Origin: Eledone cirrhosa
Lineage: Eukaryota
Direction of reading: 5' to 3'
Assembly (NCBI GenBank): GCA_964016885.1
Contig: OZ024741.1
Span: 73,222,001-73,286,000, forward strand
DNA length: 64,000 nt
Shown here: one piece after another, positions 1-13,333 of the stretch
Layout of the letters: each line of letters begins with the position of its first letter
Position numbering within the stretch: position 1 is the first letter of the stretch
The notes under the pieces: model-generated
Told to the model about the DNA's origin: nothing
Database searches by the model: none
The model's input: only the letters and a program-made list of their open reading frames with translations
Made by a program: the position numbers and the translations under genes

Positions 1-336
1 CTGCCCATTCGACACGATAGTGCAAGAGAAGGAGAGGGAGAAAATTAACCGATACCAGGACTTAAAGTGGGAGGTAAAAAGGATTTGGAACTGCCATGAA
101 GTCAAAGTGGTCCCGATTGTCATAGGCGAACTAGCTACTATCTCAAAGAGTTTCCAAGGATGGTTAAAGAAAATTGGCCCCGCCCCGCTTTTTGGAACAC
201 TTCAAAAGTCATGCTTGCTGGGAACAGCAAGAACCCTCCGATACGTCCTGAATATCTGAGGCTGCAGGTAGTGGCTTGATATTTATTTCAACAAACTTTC
301 CAGTTAAATAACATGAATGACAGAGACTCAAAGAAC

Positions 337-366
<30 letters not shown>
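1..366 (+). mobile_element. 3' end of R4/Dong-like non-LTR retrotransposon (restriction-like endonuclease C-terminus, 3' UTR, (AAT)n tail)
   Basis: Frame reads CPFDTIVQEKEREKINRYQDLKWEVKRIW...VVPIVIG...LQKSCLLGTARTLRYVLNI* (stop 257-259), typical of the RLE C-terminus of R4-clade elements; followed by (AAT)n at 337-366. Confidence 0.85.
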
Positions 367-368
<2 letters not shown>

Positions 369-632
369 TTTCATTTATTGGCCACAAGGGCCGACATATA
401 GGGGACAATACAAAAGACTGGGACAGTGGGGTTTTACAGAAAAATCGAGTAAACAATATGAATAACAATAATAAAGTAACAATAAATTAACAATAAAATT
501 ACAACAAGAAAAAATTCCTCAATAGGGGGGATGACAACCTAGGGTTCGCTCAGGTACCCCACCAGTCCTGAACTACCCGACGCTTCGAGAGCACCCTGGA
601 AGGGCACCTCTCTCCTCCTCAAATTTACCTAC

Positions 633-3600
633 CTACAGCCGCATGACCAGAGTAGGCCCACTCACACGGGCCATTCTCGCCACATTCACCCACCTTTCAG
701 CAAATGTGCTGGGGGGAAGCACTTCTCTCTCCACCCTCACCTTCCTTTCCAAGTGAAACTTGAAAAAGTTGATGAGGGATTGGCCGAAGAGAAAAGTGTC
801 TGTCTTCAGTCCTTTCAACCTCGTCCACCATACAACCTCTTTCGCAACTGCCACCAAACAGAGGAAAATTGCCTGCCCTTCTTGGCCAAAAGAAGGCGGC
901 GGGTCGATCTTCACTATGGACTCGGCCGATAGCCGGATCCGTTCTACACGCGAAAACAGCTATTCAACATAACTCCACCAGTCAGTAATGCACGGACACT
1001 GGACGAGTGCGTGCAGAACGGTTTCGTCGCTCTGCGCGCATCTCGGGCAGGTCCGTCTGACAGCACTTACGTGCCTGTAGAGTTTATCTCGAATCGGCAG
1101 TGCCCCCCGGTGGCACTGCCAAGCGAGGGATTTTTGGAAATTATCCATCGTCCCCGGCTCGAAAGTCCTCCGGTACAGACTGGTTAGTTCGACTTCGTTG
1201 ACTCCCAGAGCCTCTCCGAGTGCGTCGATGCACTTGCCCACCACTAATCCTCTATAGAACTCAAGAGTGGAAGTTCCACTGACCGCATTGCCCGCCTGGT
1301 AGAGGGCAGTGAGTGCCTGGCAACATTCCAGATGCCAGTCACCCAGTCTCGGTCTCTTCTTGACCCAGGACTGCAGCCCAGTCAAAGAAACGAGCTGCGG
1401 AAAGGCCCGTCTGACAAACGGCGACCACACCTGTTCACCGTTTAGGTAGAATATCTGGAGATGCCGCAGACTAAGCGTGCCTGCGCATCATTAGCCACGG
1501 CATGCCCAGCCCTCCACGTAGAGGGTGCTGGCAGCAGATGGACCGCCTCACCAGCGGAACCTAACCCCTCCACAAGAATTTGAAGAGGAGCCGCTCCAAG
1601 ATGGCGAGGCGCGAACGGGGGCAAGGGACGACGGTCAGACGGTAGTAGATGACGGACGCGATGTACGCGTTCGCCACCTCCGCCCGACCTTTCAGTGATA
1701 GCTTCATCCCAGCCCATTTCTGGGTGACACTGGCTACCCTGCCCGTCACCTCGTCCCAATTCTTATCCACCTGGAGGTCTGGCACGAACTAAACCCCTAG
1801 CAACTTTACCGGTCCGTCCGTCCAGCGCCTAACGACGCTGTTGGACGGCATGGACATGCCTCTCCTGGTGCCGAGTTGCAAGCCCACCGACTTTTCCGGG
1901 TTAAGTTTTGCTTCCGTCAACCTTTCATATTCCTCCAATAAGTTGCCGACCACCTCGATTTCTGAGGTGTCCGACACCATTACAGTGATGTTCTCCGCAT
2001 AAGCCGACACAGCCTTTCCGCGTTCCGGTTCGAGCGGGATGCCCTGCAACAGATCCAGCTTCCGCAGTAAAGGCTCGGTAGTCAATACGTACAGAAGGGA
2101 GGACAGAGGGCACCCTTGACGGACCGATCGGGAGACCTGAAACGGTTCCGAGAGGTGGCCATTAATTTTGACCATCGAGCAGGTGCTGCTGTGCATTGTA
2201 GCGATCCAGCTTCTGCTCACGGGGCCGAAGCCAGCCGCCTTGAGGACAACCTCCAGGTACCGATGGTCGACCCTATCAAATGCTTTCGATTGATCTAAAT
2301 TGATCAGAGCCCCACCGAAGCCAGGTTTACACCCTACCCTCTCTGTGATGTATCGCATTAGGTGGAGGTTGTCATGTAGGGACCTGGTTGGGATTGCGCA
2401 AGTTTGCGCCTCCCCAACCAAATCCCCGACGACAAGCGCCAACCTCTTCGCTAACACCCTGACCAAAATTTTAAACTCTGTGTTGAGCAGAGTTATGGGC
2501 CTGAAATTGTCTAATGTGTCCCTCTTGTTCTCGTCTTTCCTTATCACCGTCACTACGCCCCGGCTCACAGAACTGGGAATATTCCCGTTTTGCTGCCAGT
2601 TGCAGTAGAGGGCTCCGAGGAGATTGGAGACAAGTCTGGCATATTTACGTAAAGCTCGTAGGGCAGACAATCCAAACCGGGTGACTTGCGCCTCATGCAG
2701 CCGACAAGGGCATCCTGAATCTCGGCTGAAGTAATTGGCCTTTCGCAGCGCCGAGCGTCAGCCGTCGAGAGTTGCGGCAAGCCATCGAGGTAGGGACTGA
2801 AGTCCGCCACCATCTCTGACCCGCCACTTCCCCCGAACAACCGAGCAAAATGTTGGCGAAAGGCCTCACACATCCTTTTGGAATCGCTCAGCTCGTGCCC
2901 ATCTCGGTCCGTCAACGTGTCTGCCACGCGGGCCCATCGAACAGCTTTGGTTCCCTCGTTTCTCAGAATACGCGCCTTAGCTCTGACAATGCAACCTTCG
3001 TGTTTCACATTGAAGAAATGGTCTAATTCCATTCTCGCCGCTAGCACGTCAGTTGCAATGCCACTACCAATAGCCTCGTCTAACTTATCTACCAACTCCC
3101 CCTCCTTTCTATTTTTCTCTAACGCTACTTCTTTGCTAAACTCTATCGACATTACTCTAATCTCTCTTTTGAGAGCCCCCCACCATCTTTTGTTGACGAC
3201 TCCCCCTGTCAACTTTTTCTTAACTAAATTGTTGACCTGGTCCCTGTAAGCCTTACGTGCCGGAAATGACATGTTTAGCTTCCAGTAACCAGGTCCTAAC
3301 CTACGCGTCTTATCTAGGCCGACCATACAGATCACAAACTTGTGATCTGAATAGGCGACCGTTTCAAAACGTGGACATCTTACACTATTTCTGTCTATTT
3401 TCCTAATGAATATCCTGTCTATATACGATCTAGATGACCCTATGCGGTTAGCCCAGGTCTACACTGGCGCATTAGGGAAATATAGTCGGTACCTGTCAGA
3501 CAGTTGGAACTGGCTGATCAGGTTCTTGAGGCTTTTGCACCCCGCGCTCCTATCGGATACTCCCACACAGTCCCAGCGTGCGTCTAATATGCCGTTCCAG

Positions 3601-4022
3601 TCCCCCGCTAACAGTAAAGGGCGAGACGTGCCTAGAAAGTCTTCCAGGCGTCTAAAGAAGTCCGGCCGTCCTGCCCCAGTAGGAGCATAGATGGCCACCA
3701 GTCTAAAGGCACCACCTTCGTTATTGTTCACGTCTAGGACCACCAACTTCCCGTCCGGGTCCCGCAAGATCGACCTTACCTCAAGATCCAGGCCTTTCCT
3801 AAACAGCACTGCCACCCCGCCTCCCATTCACGGCCGGCTAACAGATGCAAAGCTCTGATAGTCGTCAAAAATGGGGGCTAGTGCGCGCGTGTCGGAAATC
3901 CTGGTCTCGCTGACGGCAATTACATCCATTTCTATAGACCTGAGGTCGTTGAGCAGGTAACCCTGCTTCCAGGACGATCACAGGCTTCGAACATTTAAAC
4001 ATCCTACTCTTAATACGGCCAT
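633..4022 (-). pseudogene. Tx1 ORF2: APE endonuclease - reverse transcriptase - zinc-binding domain, several frameshifts and stops
   Basis: Start MAVLRVGCLNVRS at 4022; GGGVAVLF, LVAIYAP, LLAGDWN, IDRIFI, SDHK (APE); NFRPITLLNTEFKIL, LDQSKAFDRVDH, VRQGCPLS, AYAENI (YADD degraded); CPRCAQSDETVLHALVQC (CCHC). Confidence 0.95.
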
Positions 4023-4053
4023 GTTGGCAGGTTAAAAAGAGAGAGAGGAAGGT

Positions 4054-6059
4054 TTACTTACCTTCCGTGCTCTTGTGAAGGTCGGATTGTTCGACCTCCA
4101 TAGTTGGTGGGGTTTCTTTTGGGAAACCCTTTAAAAGTCTTGAAGTGGGTTTTACGTTCGGGGTTCACACGTCCCGAGGAAATACATCGAGCGACATTCG
4201 CACCAAAACCAAATCTTCCGGCACGCGAAATGTGCTCGATTTAAAAATGTCCCCCTCTTTTTGTATATTTTCACTTCGTGCTACGAGGGCCATCAGTTCA
4301 TTGTTGGCCCTCCTGACGAGCACGAAGTTTTGTATGTTTTGTTGGTGTGATTTTATTTGTTTGCGTGGCTGTGGTGGTGATGGTTTTGGTGGTGTTGTTT
4401 CGGTTGTGTCTGTGTTTATTGTGAGTGCGGTGTCTGTGGTTTCAGATGTTTGTGTGTATATTTGTTCTTGCGTCTGTTTATGTTGTTTGCGTTTGGGGGA
4501 TTCTGGTGATGGTGATGGTGGTGTTGATGTTGGTGTTATTGGAGAGATGTTTGCGTGGGTGGTGTCTGCGTTTTTTATTGTGGGTGATTTTGTGCTTTGT
4601 TGAGTTTTTTTTTTCTTTTTGTGTTTCTTTTTTTGTATTTTGGGGGATTTTGGTTTTCCCTCATCTTCACTACTGGTAGATGAGGAGTCTGTGTCTGTAA
4701 GTGTGTCTGTATGTATGTTTATGGTTTTATTGGTGTGTGTATTTTTTTTTTGGGGGGGGGGGATGTGACAGCTTTCCTCGTTTCCCCCCTGGGTGGTCAA
4801 TGTTGGTGGTGGTCTTTCTATTGGTGTTGTTGTTGGTGGTTTTGCCGGTGCTGGTGTTGATTGTGGTCCTCGCCCCGGCGTCGGCAGCAGTGGTCCTTTC
4901 GACCCCTTGCCTCTTTCAGCAGTTGAGGGCAGAAGGCTCGCAAATGGGTTTTTTCCCCACAAACTCCCCACTGTGGCCTTTTGCCTTCGGTCATAATGTG
5001 AATGACCGTCCCATTCTGAAGGCGGATGTGGTCCGGGATTGTCTTCACATTCTCGGGCCTGATCTGGAGAAGGATCTCCAGGTCAACCCCGGACCAGTCC
5101 TCTCTGGCCGTTCTGGTCACTTCTATAGGGACGGTATCCGTCCCCTCCACAATCACACATCCCAGAAGCCACCACATATCAAGTCCTTGTGGGATTCTGG
5201 GAATGCGGAGACGGGCCGTTTTTTTCCCATGTGAGAAGGGTACATTATGACCTTGCTGGTTTTGCAAGGAGTCATAGCGTGTTTCATAGCGAGGGCTTCT
5301 GACTTGAACAACACCGAAATAGTGCCGTACTGTCTGCCCCTCTCTATGTATTCGGTGTATTCTCTGATGCACCTCAGCGCGACTTCGACATCTTCTTGTG
5401 GGATTATAGCTGCCCTTTTGGTTTGTGCTGAGATGCATCTATAATGCACCGTTCTGCGCTCCACTGCCTCAATAGCTTCTACCGGGACAGTTAAGTTGGC
5501 CCAGGTTTGCTCTTGCTTGATGAGCTTCCATGCCTGGGCCAACTTTTCATCTTTGTTTGAGAGGTCCATGTTGAAGCATGGCCTCTTTTTTGCTGCTGCC
5601 GCAACGAAAGTGTTCTTCTTGTTTTCGTTTGGGGTGTTGTGGTCGTTGTCGTTGTTCTTGTTGGTGTTGGTGTTAGCACTGTCGCTGTTATCGTTGTTGT
5701 CTTTGTTGCCACCGTTGTTCTCGGTGTAGTTGGTATTGTTTCTGTTGGTGTTGTCGCTATTTGTTTTCATGTTAGTGGTGTTGATATTGTTGTTGTATTT
5801 GTTTTTTTTTGTTATCTGTATTTTCGTTGTCGCTGTTACTGTCATTTTTTTCAAAATTAAAGTTCTCATTGGTATCATTGGTGTCTTTGTTTACATTGTT
5901 TGTGGTGGTGTTTGTGTTATCAATTTGTGTTAATTTCTCTGTAGCGCTTCTCTCAACTTCCACGTCGTTGTCGCACAACAGCACACATATCGCTGGGGGG
6001 CGTGGCTCAGCCATGTTTTTTTTTCTCCGTAAATGTTTTAACATGTTAAAAAAATTCAA
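4054..6059 (-). pseudogene. Tx1 ORF1 (gag-like, Asn/Thr-rich N-terminus, broken zinc knuckle, Pro/Lys-rich C-terminus), frameshifted
   Basis: Overlapping ORFs 5772-6059, 5153-5878, 4818-5438, 4165-4971. Motif PQWGVCGEKTHLRAFC is CX2CX4HX4C with the first C mutated. Reading through TGA at 4165 continues in frame to ...STEGK* just upstream of ORF2. Confidence 0.8.
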
Positions 6060-6226
6060 ATATTATACTTTCCCCTTCACAGGGCAAAGTCTAAGGGCTT
6101 ATATCCCTTTCACAACAAGAAATATTTAACAACAAATAATTTTAACAGGCAAATAAAGCGACTAACTGGGAGCAAGCCAAAAAGACGTCCGAACAGACCA
6201 ATAATAATAATAATAATAATAATATT

Positions 6227-6273
<47 letters not shown>

Positions 6274-6332
6274 AAACAGAGGTACAAAAAGTCTTATTAC
6301 TTTCATGCTTTATATAGGAAAGAAGAAAGAAA

Positions 6333-6368
6333 GTTCGACGTGTCGGGCTTAAGCCCTTCTTCAGGAGT
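6333..6368 (-). ncRNA. Degenerate minimal type I hammerhead ribozyme motif
   Basis: Minus strand: CTGAAGA-agggcttaagccc-GACAC-GTC; stem II perfect, GAAA mutated to GACA. Confidence 0.55.
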
Positions 6369-6414
6369 ACAAAATAGAGACAGGATCACAAAGGAAAAAC
6401 AGAAAACATACATG

Positions 6415-6453
<39 letters not shown>

Positions 6454-6848
6454 ATATTATCATCTCCCAAGCTTTATGGCTATTGCTGTGATTATCGTCG
6501 CTAAGTTATCCTGGACCAGATATCCATCTATTTTCTTAACCGTATAGCTATTGCGCTACTTCACATAAAGCTTCAGAAACACGTGACTCTAATAAATAAA
6601 TTCCATTACAAGAATATAGCAAATACTACTGTAACAAAATGGAGACAGAAACGCTTACACTCACCAAAAACTCAAATATACACACTTATATAGAGAGAAA
6701 AACAAAAAGTAGGAGAGCAATACATTCATTCTCTCTCACACTTTATACATGTATACATATATACATACATGTATACAAACATGAATACATGCATGTATAC
6801 ATATATTCATACATAAATATATGTCTGTGTATATGTGTGTGACAACGA

Positions 6849-6909
<61 letters not shown>

Positions 6910-6963
6910 TACACACATATAAGTATATACGCATACATATCTCTCTCACTATATATATGTGTG

Positions 6964-7003
<40 letters not shown>

Positions 7004-7039
7004 CATATATATACACACATATATATATGTGCAAATATA

Positions 7040-7078
<39 letters not shown>

Positions 7079-7136
7079 GTAAGCCAATGAGTGCATATAT
7101 ATATGCACACACGCACGCACGCACGCACGCACACAC

Positions 7137-7167
<31 letters not shown>

Positions 7168-7535
7168 TACACAGAGTCAGTCATACAACGCATGCGCACG
7201 TTTCTATAACATTGTGGTAAAGATATTTTCTCCTTTAATACTCAAGAGTTAAGGCTAAACGTTCCTCTCTTTTTGCAGCATTTCGTTCGTGTCTTTTATG
7301 TCGTATGAAGAGTCTTCTTATTTTTCTCTATTTCGTCTAAATTCAATTATCAAGTGGAAATGTCGTCTGCTTCTTTGATTATCATATTTTGTTTGTTTTT
7401 TAACTTTTTTTTTCACATTTTTTTTTGTTATTTTCTTTTTAATTTAGAATATTTTTTTCGTGTCATTTCTTGTTTTTGGTAATTGTTTACGTATTTTATA
7501 GTTTTATTTATTATTAATGTTGTTGCTTTTCTCAC

Positions 7536-7536
<1 letters not shown>

Positions 7537-7601
<65 letters not shown>

Positions 7602-7617
7602 GGTTGTTGTTGTTGTC

Positions 7618-7664
<47 letters not shown>
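7537..7664. repeat. (GTT)n(ATT)n compound microsatellite
   Basis: Direct reading. Confidence 0.95.
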
Positions 7665-8089
7665 CTGTCCTTGAAAATAAAGAATAAAACTTCAGTGTAA
7701 AACACGATTTGTACATTGAAAAATATAATTAATAAAACAACAACGAAATAAATTTAGAATTATTGGAAAAAAGAATTTAAAAAATATATAAATATATATA
7801 TAACTGAAACAAGAATAAAATTTTCACAAGTAATATTTTTTTCATGTTTATATAAAATTATCTCTATTTCCCCATCTAATCACACACATACATAACCACA
7901 CAAAAACATGACTACACATATACTCCCGTACACACCACAAACTACACCCACATATACACGTATGTTCAAAATAATTATAATTACTACTGTGTACCAACAT
8001 ACACTATAACTACACCCCCCTCCCCACTGTAGTCATGACCATCACTCCGACCACTACCACCACCATTACCACCATCACGATAAAAACCA

Positions 8090-9420
8090 GCAGCACTACT
8101 TCCAGTAGTTTCTGAGTGGAAATTTTCTACCACAACCGTCCTTCGGTTTCAGCTTTGATTCCCGTCCTGTTCAACCTGTGGTGAAATGTTTCTTTATTTA
8201 TTTCATTCCATGATCTGTCCTTACAGGTTTCACCATCTATAGCCTTTTCTTCTCATCGTTTAAATAAACCCTGTAGCCCTATTTTTATCTTGGTTTTTAG
8301 CTTTTTAAACCGCTTTTATTATTATTTCTTATTGCCATTCTGAGTTCAAATCCTGCTTTTCATCCTTACGGGTTCGATAAAATAAAGTGCCAGTAATACA
8401 CTTGGATAATTGTTGGCCTTGTGCCAAAAGTAGAAACAATTATCATTTCTTGTTACATAAGCTTCTTTTTTGAAGACAGAACACAGTTTTTATTTTGTTT
8501 ATAGTTTTGAATTATTTATATTAGTTTTTTTCCATATGTTCTATTTCCAGACGAAACGTACCTTCCTGTATTCGCATTAATTATGAAAGATCTCTGTCGG
8601 GTTTTGCTGGTATATTATAAATGCTGTCAGTATTTATTTTGTTTTCCAGTCTAGTATTAGGGGAACATATTGTAACTATAACCTATTACTGGGACAGCCA
8701 GAGTACAATACGTTTTGTTTTTGTTCTTGATTTAAATTTTCAATAATATTCATTATTAACAATTTCTTTCATTTGTGTGTGTTGTACACTATCTAGTTCA
8801 TTAATTCATACATATTTCTAACGTAAACCTCTGCCTGGTCTAATACACTTCTTCCTGTTTTTTTTTTATCTAGCATGATATTAGTGTTTGTAATTAATTT
8901 TCTCTCGTATGGTTGTTTGGGAGTAATTGTCTAATTAGAAACCGTCTACTATCTGTGGCAGAGTTTCTGCTTACTTATCATAAGTAAAAGATGGTTGATT
9001 TACTGCCCCTAGTATTTGTAAGACCAATATCATCTAACATATCGGTTAAAGGTCTTAACGCAAACAATGAAGTAGCGAGAAGAAATTCGTTTGGAATAAG
9101 TTTATTCTAATACAGTCAGAATTAATTTTATCATTCGTTTTATTTTCTGCCTTTGCTGTATTGTTCAACTATTACTAATGGCGTTTGATGTTTCTGTTTG
9201 GTGTTAGTGCTACCTTACCAATGGTTACTGTTTCCAAGATCCACCTGAAAAGGAGGGGGTGTGATCAAAAGTCTTCTGGAAGACAATACTTGCAATACCC
9301 AGAAAACTTCTTTCTCCTTCTACAATCTCCTGCTAGGAGTTTGTTGATCTGTGCTTATCGCCCGCAGTATTATTGCAGTTATGGTTTTGAAAGCTGTAAA
9401 AGGTAATACATAGGTCTTAT
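8090..9420 (-). mobile_element. Highly decayed R4/Dong-like RT fragment, interrupted by a SINE
   Basis: Manual minus-strand translation gives colinear remnants DCRRRKK, WILET, INHLLLM (cf. HLLYMDD), LAVPVIGYSYN, LDWKTK*ILT and KAETEG, matching R4-clade RT/thumb motifs. Confidence 0.65.
8338..8441 (+). mobile_element. tRNA-derived SINE family A fragment
   Basis: ttctgagttcaaatcc (B box)...tttcatccttacggg..cgataaaataaagt.ccagtaat...ggccttgtgccaaaagtagaaacaattat; same sequence recurs at least 8 times in the window. Confidence 0.8.
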
Positions 9421-9537
9421 AGATTCTAGGGGGTCATCGTTGACACTAGTCACGGGAATTAAATGTCTTCCTGTGCATCTCAAGCGACAGCTATAGCAAT
9501 GACAATAGTAGCAGAAGAAGGAGGAAGAGGACGACGA

Positions 9538-9672
9538 GAAGAAGAAGAAGAAGAAGAAGAAGAAGAAGAAGAAGAAGAAGAAGAAGAAGAAGAAGAAGAA
9601 GAAGAAGAAGAAGAAGAAGAAGAAGAAGAAGAAGAAGAAGAAGAAGAAGAAGAAGAAGAAGAAGAAGAAGAA
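9538..9672. repeat. (GAA)n microsatellite
   Basis: Long perfect GAA run. Confidence 0.97.
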
Positions 9673-9872
9673 ACTAGTGCAATGGCAACAAAAGCGATGA
9701 CAAAAATAATAACAGTGAACACATCAGCAGCAACGGCAAAAACAACAGTAACAACAGTAACAACATCTACAGCCACACAAACTACAACAAAACTGCAACA
9801 GCAATATCAATATCAAAATTAACAACATCAATATTCGGTTAAATTTCTTACTATTGCGCAACAGTCAAAGAG

Positions 9873-10046
<174 letters not shown>

Positions 10047-10069
10047 TGCCTATATATCTATCTATCTAT

Positions 10070-12843
10070 CCTACCGAACAGACTGGCCAGTTCGTCTTCC
10101 TCTACGCCTAGAGTTTCTCCGAAAGCGTCGTCGCACCTGCTGCGGATCAACCCTCTATAGAATGACGAAGTGGAGTCTCCACTGATCGCCGGGTCCTCCT
10201 GCCAGAGGGCTGTGAGCGCCTGACGACATTCGATGTGCCAGTCGCCCATTTTCCTCGCTCTTTGCTTGACCCAGGACTGCAGCTCGGTCAGCGAGACGAG
10301 TCGTGGGAAGGCTCGCTTCACGAACGTGGCCCACATCGGTTGTCCGGTGAAGAATACGTAGAGATGTCGCAGCCTGAGCGCGTGTTTGCGTATCGTCAGC
10401 CACGGCAACCCCAGCCCTCCGTTGGAAGGGTGTTGGCAGCAGATGGATCTTATCACCAGAGGAGCCCGCTTCTTCCAAAGGAATTGGAAGAGCGCGCGTT
10501 CCATTTTGGTGAGCGTTTTGGCTGGACAAGGCACGACGGTCAAGCGGTAGTAGATGATGGATGCTATAAAAGTATTCGCCACCTCTGCTCGACCTTTCAA
10601 GGATAGTTAGCACACGGCCCACTTCAGGGTGAGTGCAAACACATTGGCCGTCACCTCGTTCCAGTTCTTCTCCACCTGGAGATTCGGACCAAACGAGACC
10701 TCTAGCAGCTTTACCTGTCCTTCCGTCCAGCGTCCAACGATGCCATCGGAAGGCATCGGTTTGCCTCTCTACGATCCGAGTTGCAAACCGATGGACTTGT
10801 TCCGGTTCAGCTTCGCTCCTGTGAACCTTTCGTATTCCTTCAGTAAGGTGCCGACTTCGTCGATTTGCGAGGTGCTCGACACCATTACTGTCGCGTCGTC
10901 GGTGTAGGCCGACGCCGCTTTCCGCAGTCCCGGTTCCAGAGGGATGCCCTGCAATAACTCCAACTTCCGCAGTAGTGGCTCTAGGGTCAGTACGTACAGA
11001 AGAGAGGAGAGAGGGCATCCCTGTCGAATGGATCGCGTGATATGGAACGGCTCCGAGAGGTAGCCGTTCACCTTGACCCTTGAGCAGATGTTGCTGTTGT
11101 GCATTGCAGTAATCCAGCCCCTGAACACGGGTCCGAAGTCTGCCGCCTCGAGCACCGCATCCAGGTAACGATGGTCAACCCTATCGAAAGCCTTAGACTG
11201 ATCCAAGTTGATCAGGGCCCCACCGAAGCCGGGTTTACACCCTACCTTCTCTATGATGTATCGCATGAGGTGGATGTTGTCGTGTATGGACCTGGTCGGG
11301 ATTGCGCATGTCTGCGCTTCCCCCACCAGGTTTTCGACGACAAGCGCCAGCCTCTTTACTAACACCTTGGCCAAAATCTGTAACTCTGTGTTTAGCAGAG
11401 TTATGGGCCGGAAGTTGCCTATGTCATCCCCCTTATTCTCGTCCTTCCTGACTAGTGTGACTACGCCCCTGGTCACAGAACTGGGAATTCTCCCGTTCTG
11501 CTGCCAGTTGCAGTAGACCGCTTCCAGGAGACCGGAGAACAAGTTCGGCATTGCTACGTAAAATTTGTAGGGTAGACCCTCGAGACCTGGAGATTTGCGT
11601 TTGCTGCATTGGCTCAGCCCGTCCCCTATCTCAGCGGCAGAACTTTGCCTCGCTGTCCGAGAGTCGCGGTAGGCCGTCGAGGTATGGACCGAAATCCATA
11701 GCCCCTCCCGGCGCGCCGCCCTGCTCGAACAGCTGAGCAAAGTGCTGCTGAAAGGCCGCGCACATCTGCTTCGGCTCACGTACCACGCATGTGTCTTGGT
11801 CCTTCAAAGACCGAATCGTGGACTTGTTCCCACTTTTTGCCTCCGTCACCCGGGCCCAGCTAATAGCTTTGGCTCAGCTAACAGTTTTGGCTCCCTCGTT
11901 ACCCAGAGCACGTATTTTTCTTCTGACAACGCAGCCCTAGTGCTTTGCGTCGAAGAACTAGTCCAAGGCCGTTCTCGTTGCTAGCACGCTGGCTACGTTG
12001 CCACTTCTAATTGCCTCTTCTACTTTATCTATCAGTTCCTTCTCGGTCCTATTTCTATTTAACGCTAATTCTTTACTAAAAACTAACGAGAGGGTTGATC
12101 CGCAGCAAGTGCGACGACACGCTCCGAGAAACTCTAGGCGTAGAGGAAGACGAACTGACCAGTCTGTTCGGCAGGACCTTCCGCTCGGGACCGATGGACA
12201 ACTTCCAAAAGTCCCTGGCCTGGCAGTGCTACCGAAGACCTCTATCAGCTCGAGACAAGCTCTACAGACATGGGCGTCCGGTTAGGGACCCTTCGAAAAA
12301 GATCTGTCCGAGATGCGTGCAAGACGAAGAAACCGCCGCACACTGCCCGGGAGTTACCGATCTGTGGGGCTATGTAGAACGATTATTGTCGCGGGTGGGA
12401 CCAATCCGGTTGACCATCGAGTCCATTGTCATGATCAAACCGCCACCCTCCTTCAATGGTGGACGAGATTAAAAGGGCTGAGGTCTGACACCTTTCTCTC
12501 CGGCCAACAACTGATTTTTGTTTTCAAATACCACTTTGGAAGAAGAATCAGGATGGAGAGAGAGGTGCTGTACCCCAGTAAGTTTTATGAAAGATGAAAG
12601 TGGCAAGAATGGCCCGATTGAATGGGCCTTCTCTCTATATCAGCCTGTAGATTGAGGAAAAAGAGGAAGAGAGGAAAGGGGTACAAGCTCTTCGTACTCC
12701 TGGAGATGAGGGTTGCACATTTTTTCGGGGGTATGAGTTACCCATATTTGTGATAGTATTTTACACGTTTTTATTGTATGTAAACTTTGTATTTGTCCCC
12801 TTCTTTTGTGCACCTGTGGCTAATAAAGAAATATATCTATCTA
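10070..12843. mobile_element. Second Tx1-family LINE, 5'-truncated with 5' inversion (10070-12090 minus; 12089-12843 plus)
   Basis: Minus part encodes RT (NFRPITLLNTE, LDQSKAFDRVDH, RQGCPLS, AYTDD). Plus part encodes the downstream CCHC region (ICPRCVQDEET), 3' UTR, AATAAA at 12822-12827 and an (ATCT)n tail. Confidence 0.9.
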
Positions 12844-12966
12844 AATACATATATGTAGATGTATTTGTCAGTATCAATGTGTGTATTTATGCACAAATTT
12901 GTATGAATACCGATACATATTTATGCATACATACACACACAAATATATATACACGCGCGATCACGG

Positions 12967-13092
<126 letters not shown>

Positions 13093-13251
13093 ATGTATAT
13101 GTGTGTATGTACGTATGCTGATATGTGTATATAAATATGCATACGTGTGTGTATGCGCGCTTATATGCATATGCGCACTTATATGCATATGGCCGAAGAC
13201 ATGCATATGTCTTTGCATATTTACATGTGTTCTTATGTGTGCATGTATGTG

Positions 13252-13291
<40 letters not shown>

Positions 13292-13292
13292 C

Positions 13293-13333
<41 letters not shown>

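Larger units (their letters stand above)
369..6199 (-). mobile_element. Full-length decayed Tx1/L1-clade LINE (5' UTR, ORF1, ORF2, 3' UTR)
   Basis: ORF1 and ORF2 fragments in colinear order on the minus strand; AATAAA on minus at 374-379; (AAT)n tracts on both flanks (337-366, 6200-6231). Confidence 0.93.

Noticed and set aside
8125-8180. Apparent terminal exon on minus strand (cag|...LNRTGIKAETEGRLW*)
   Set aside because: KAETEG is an R4-clade motif colinear with the decayed RT at 8560-9420.
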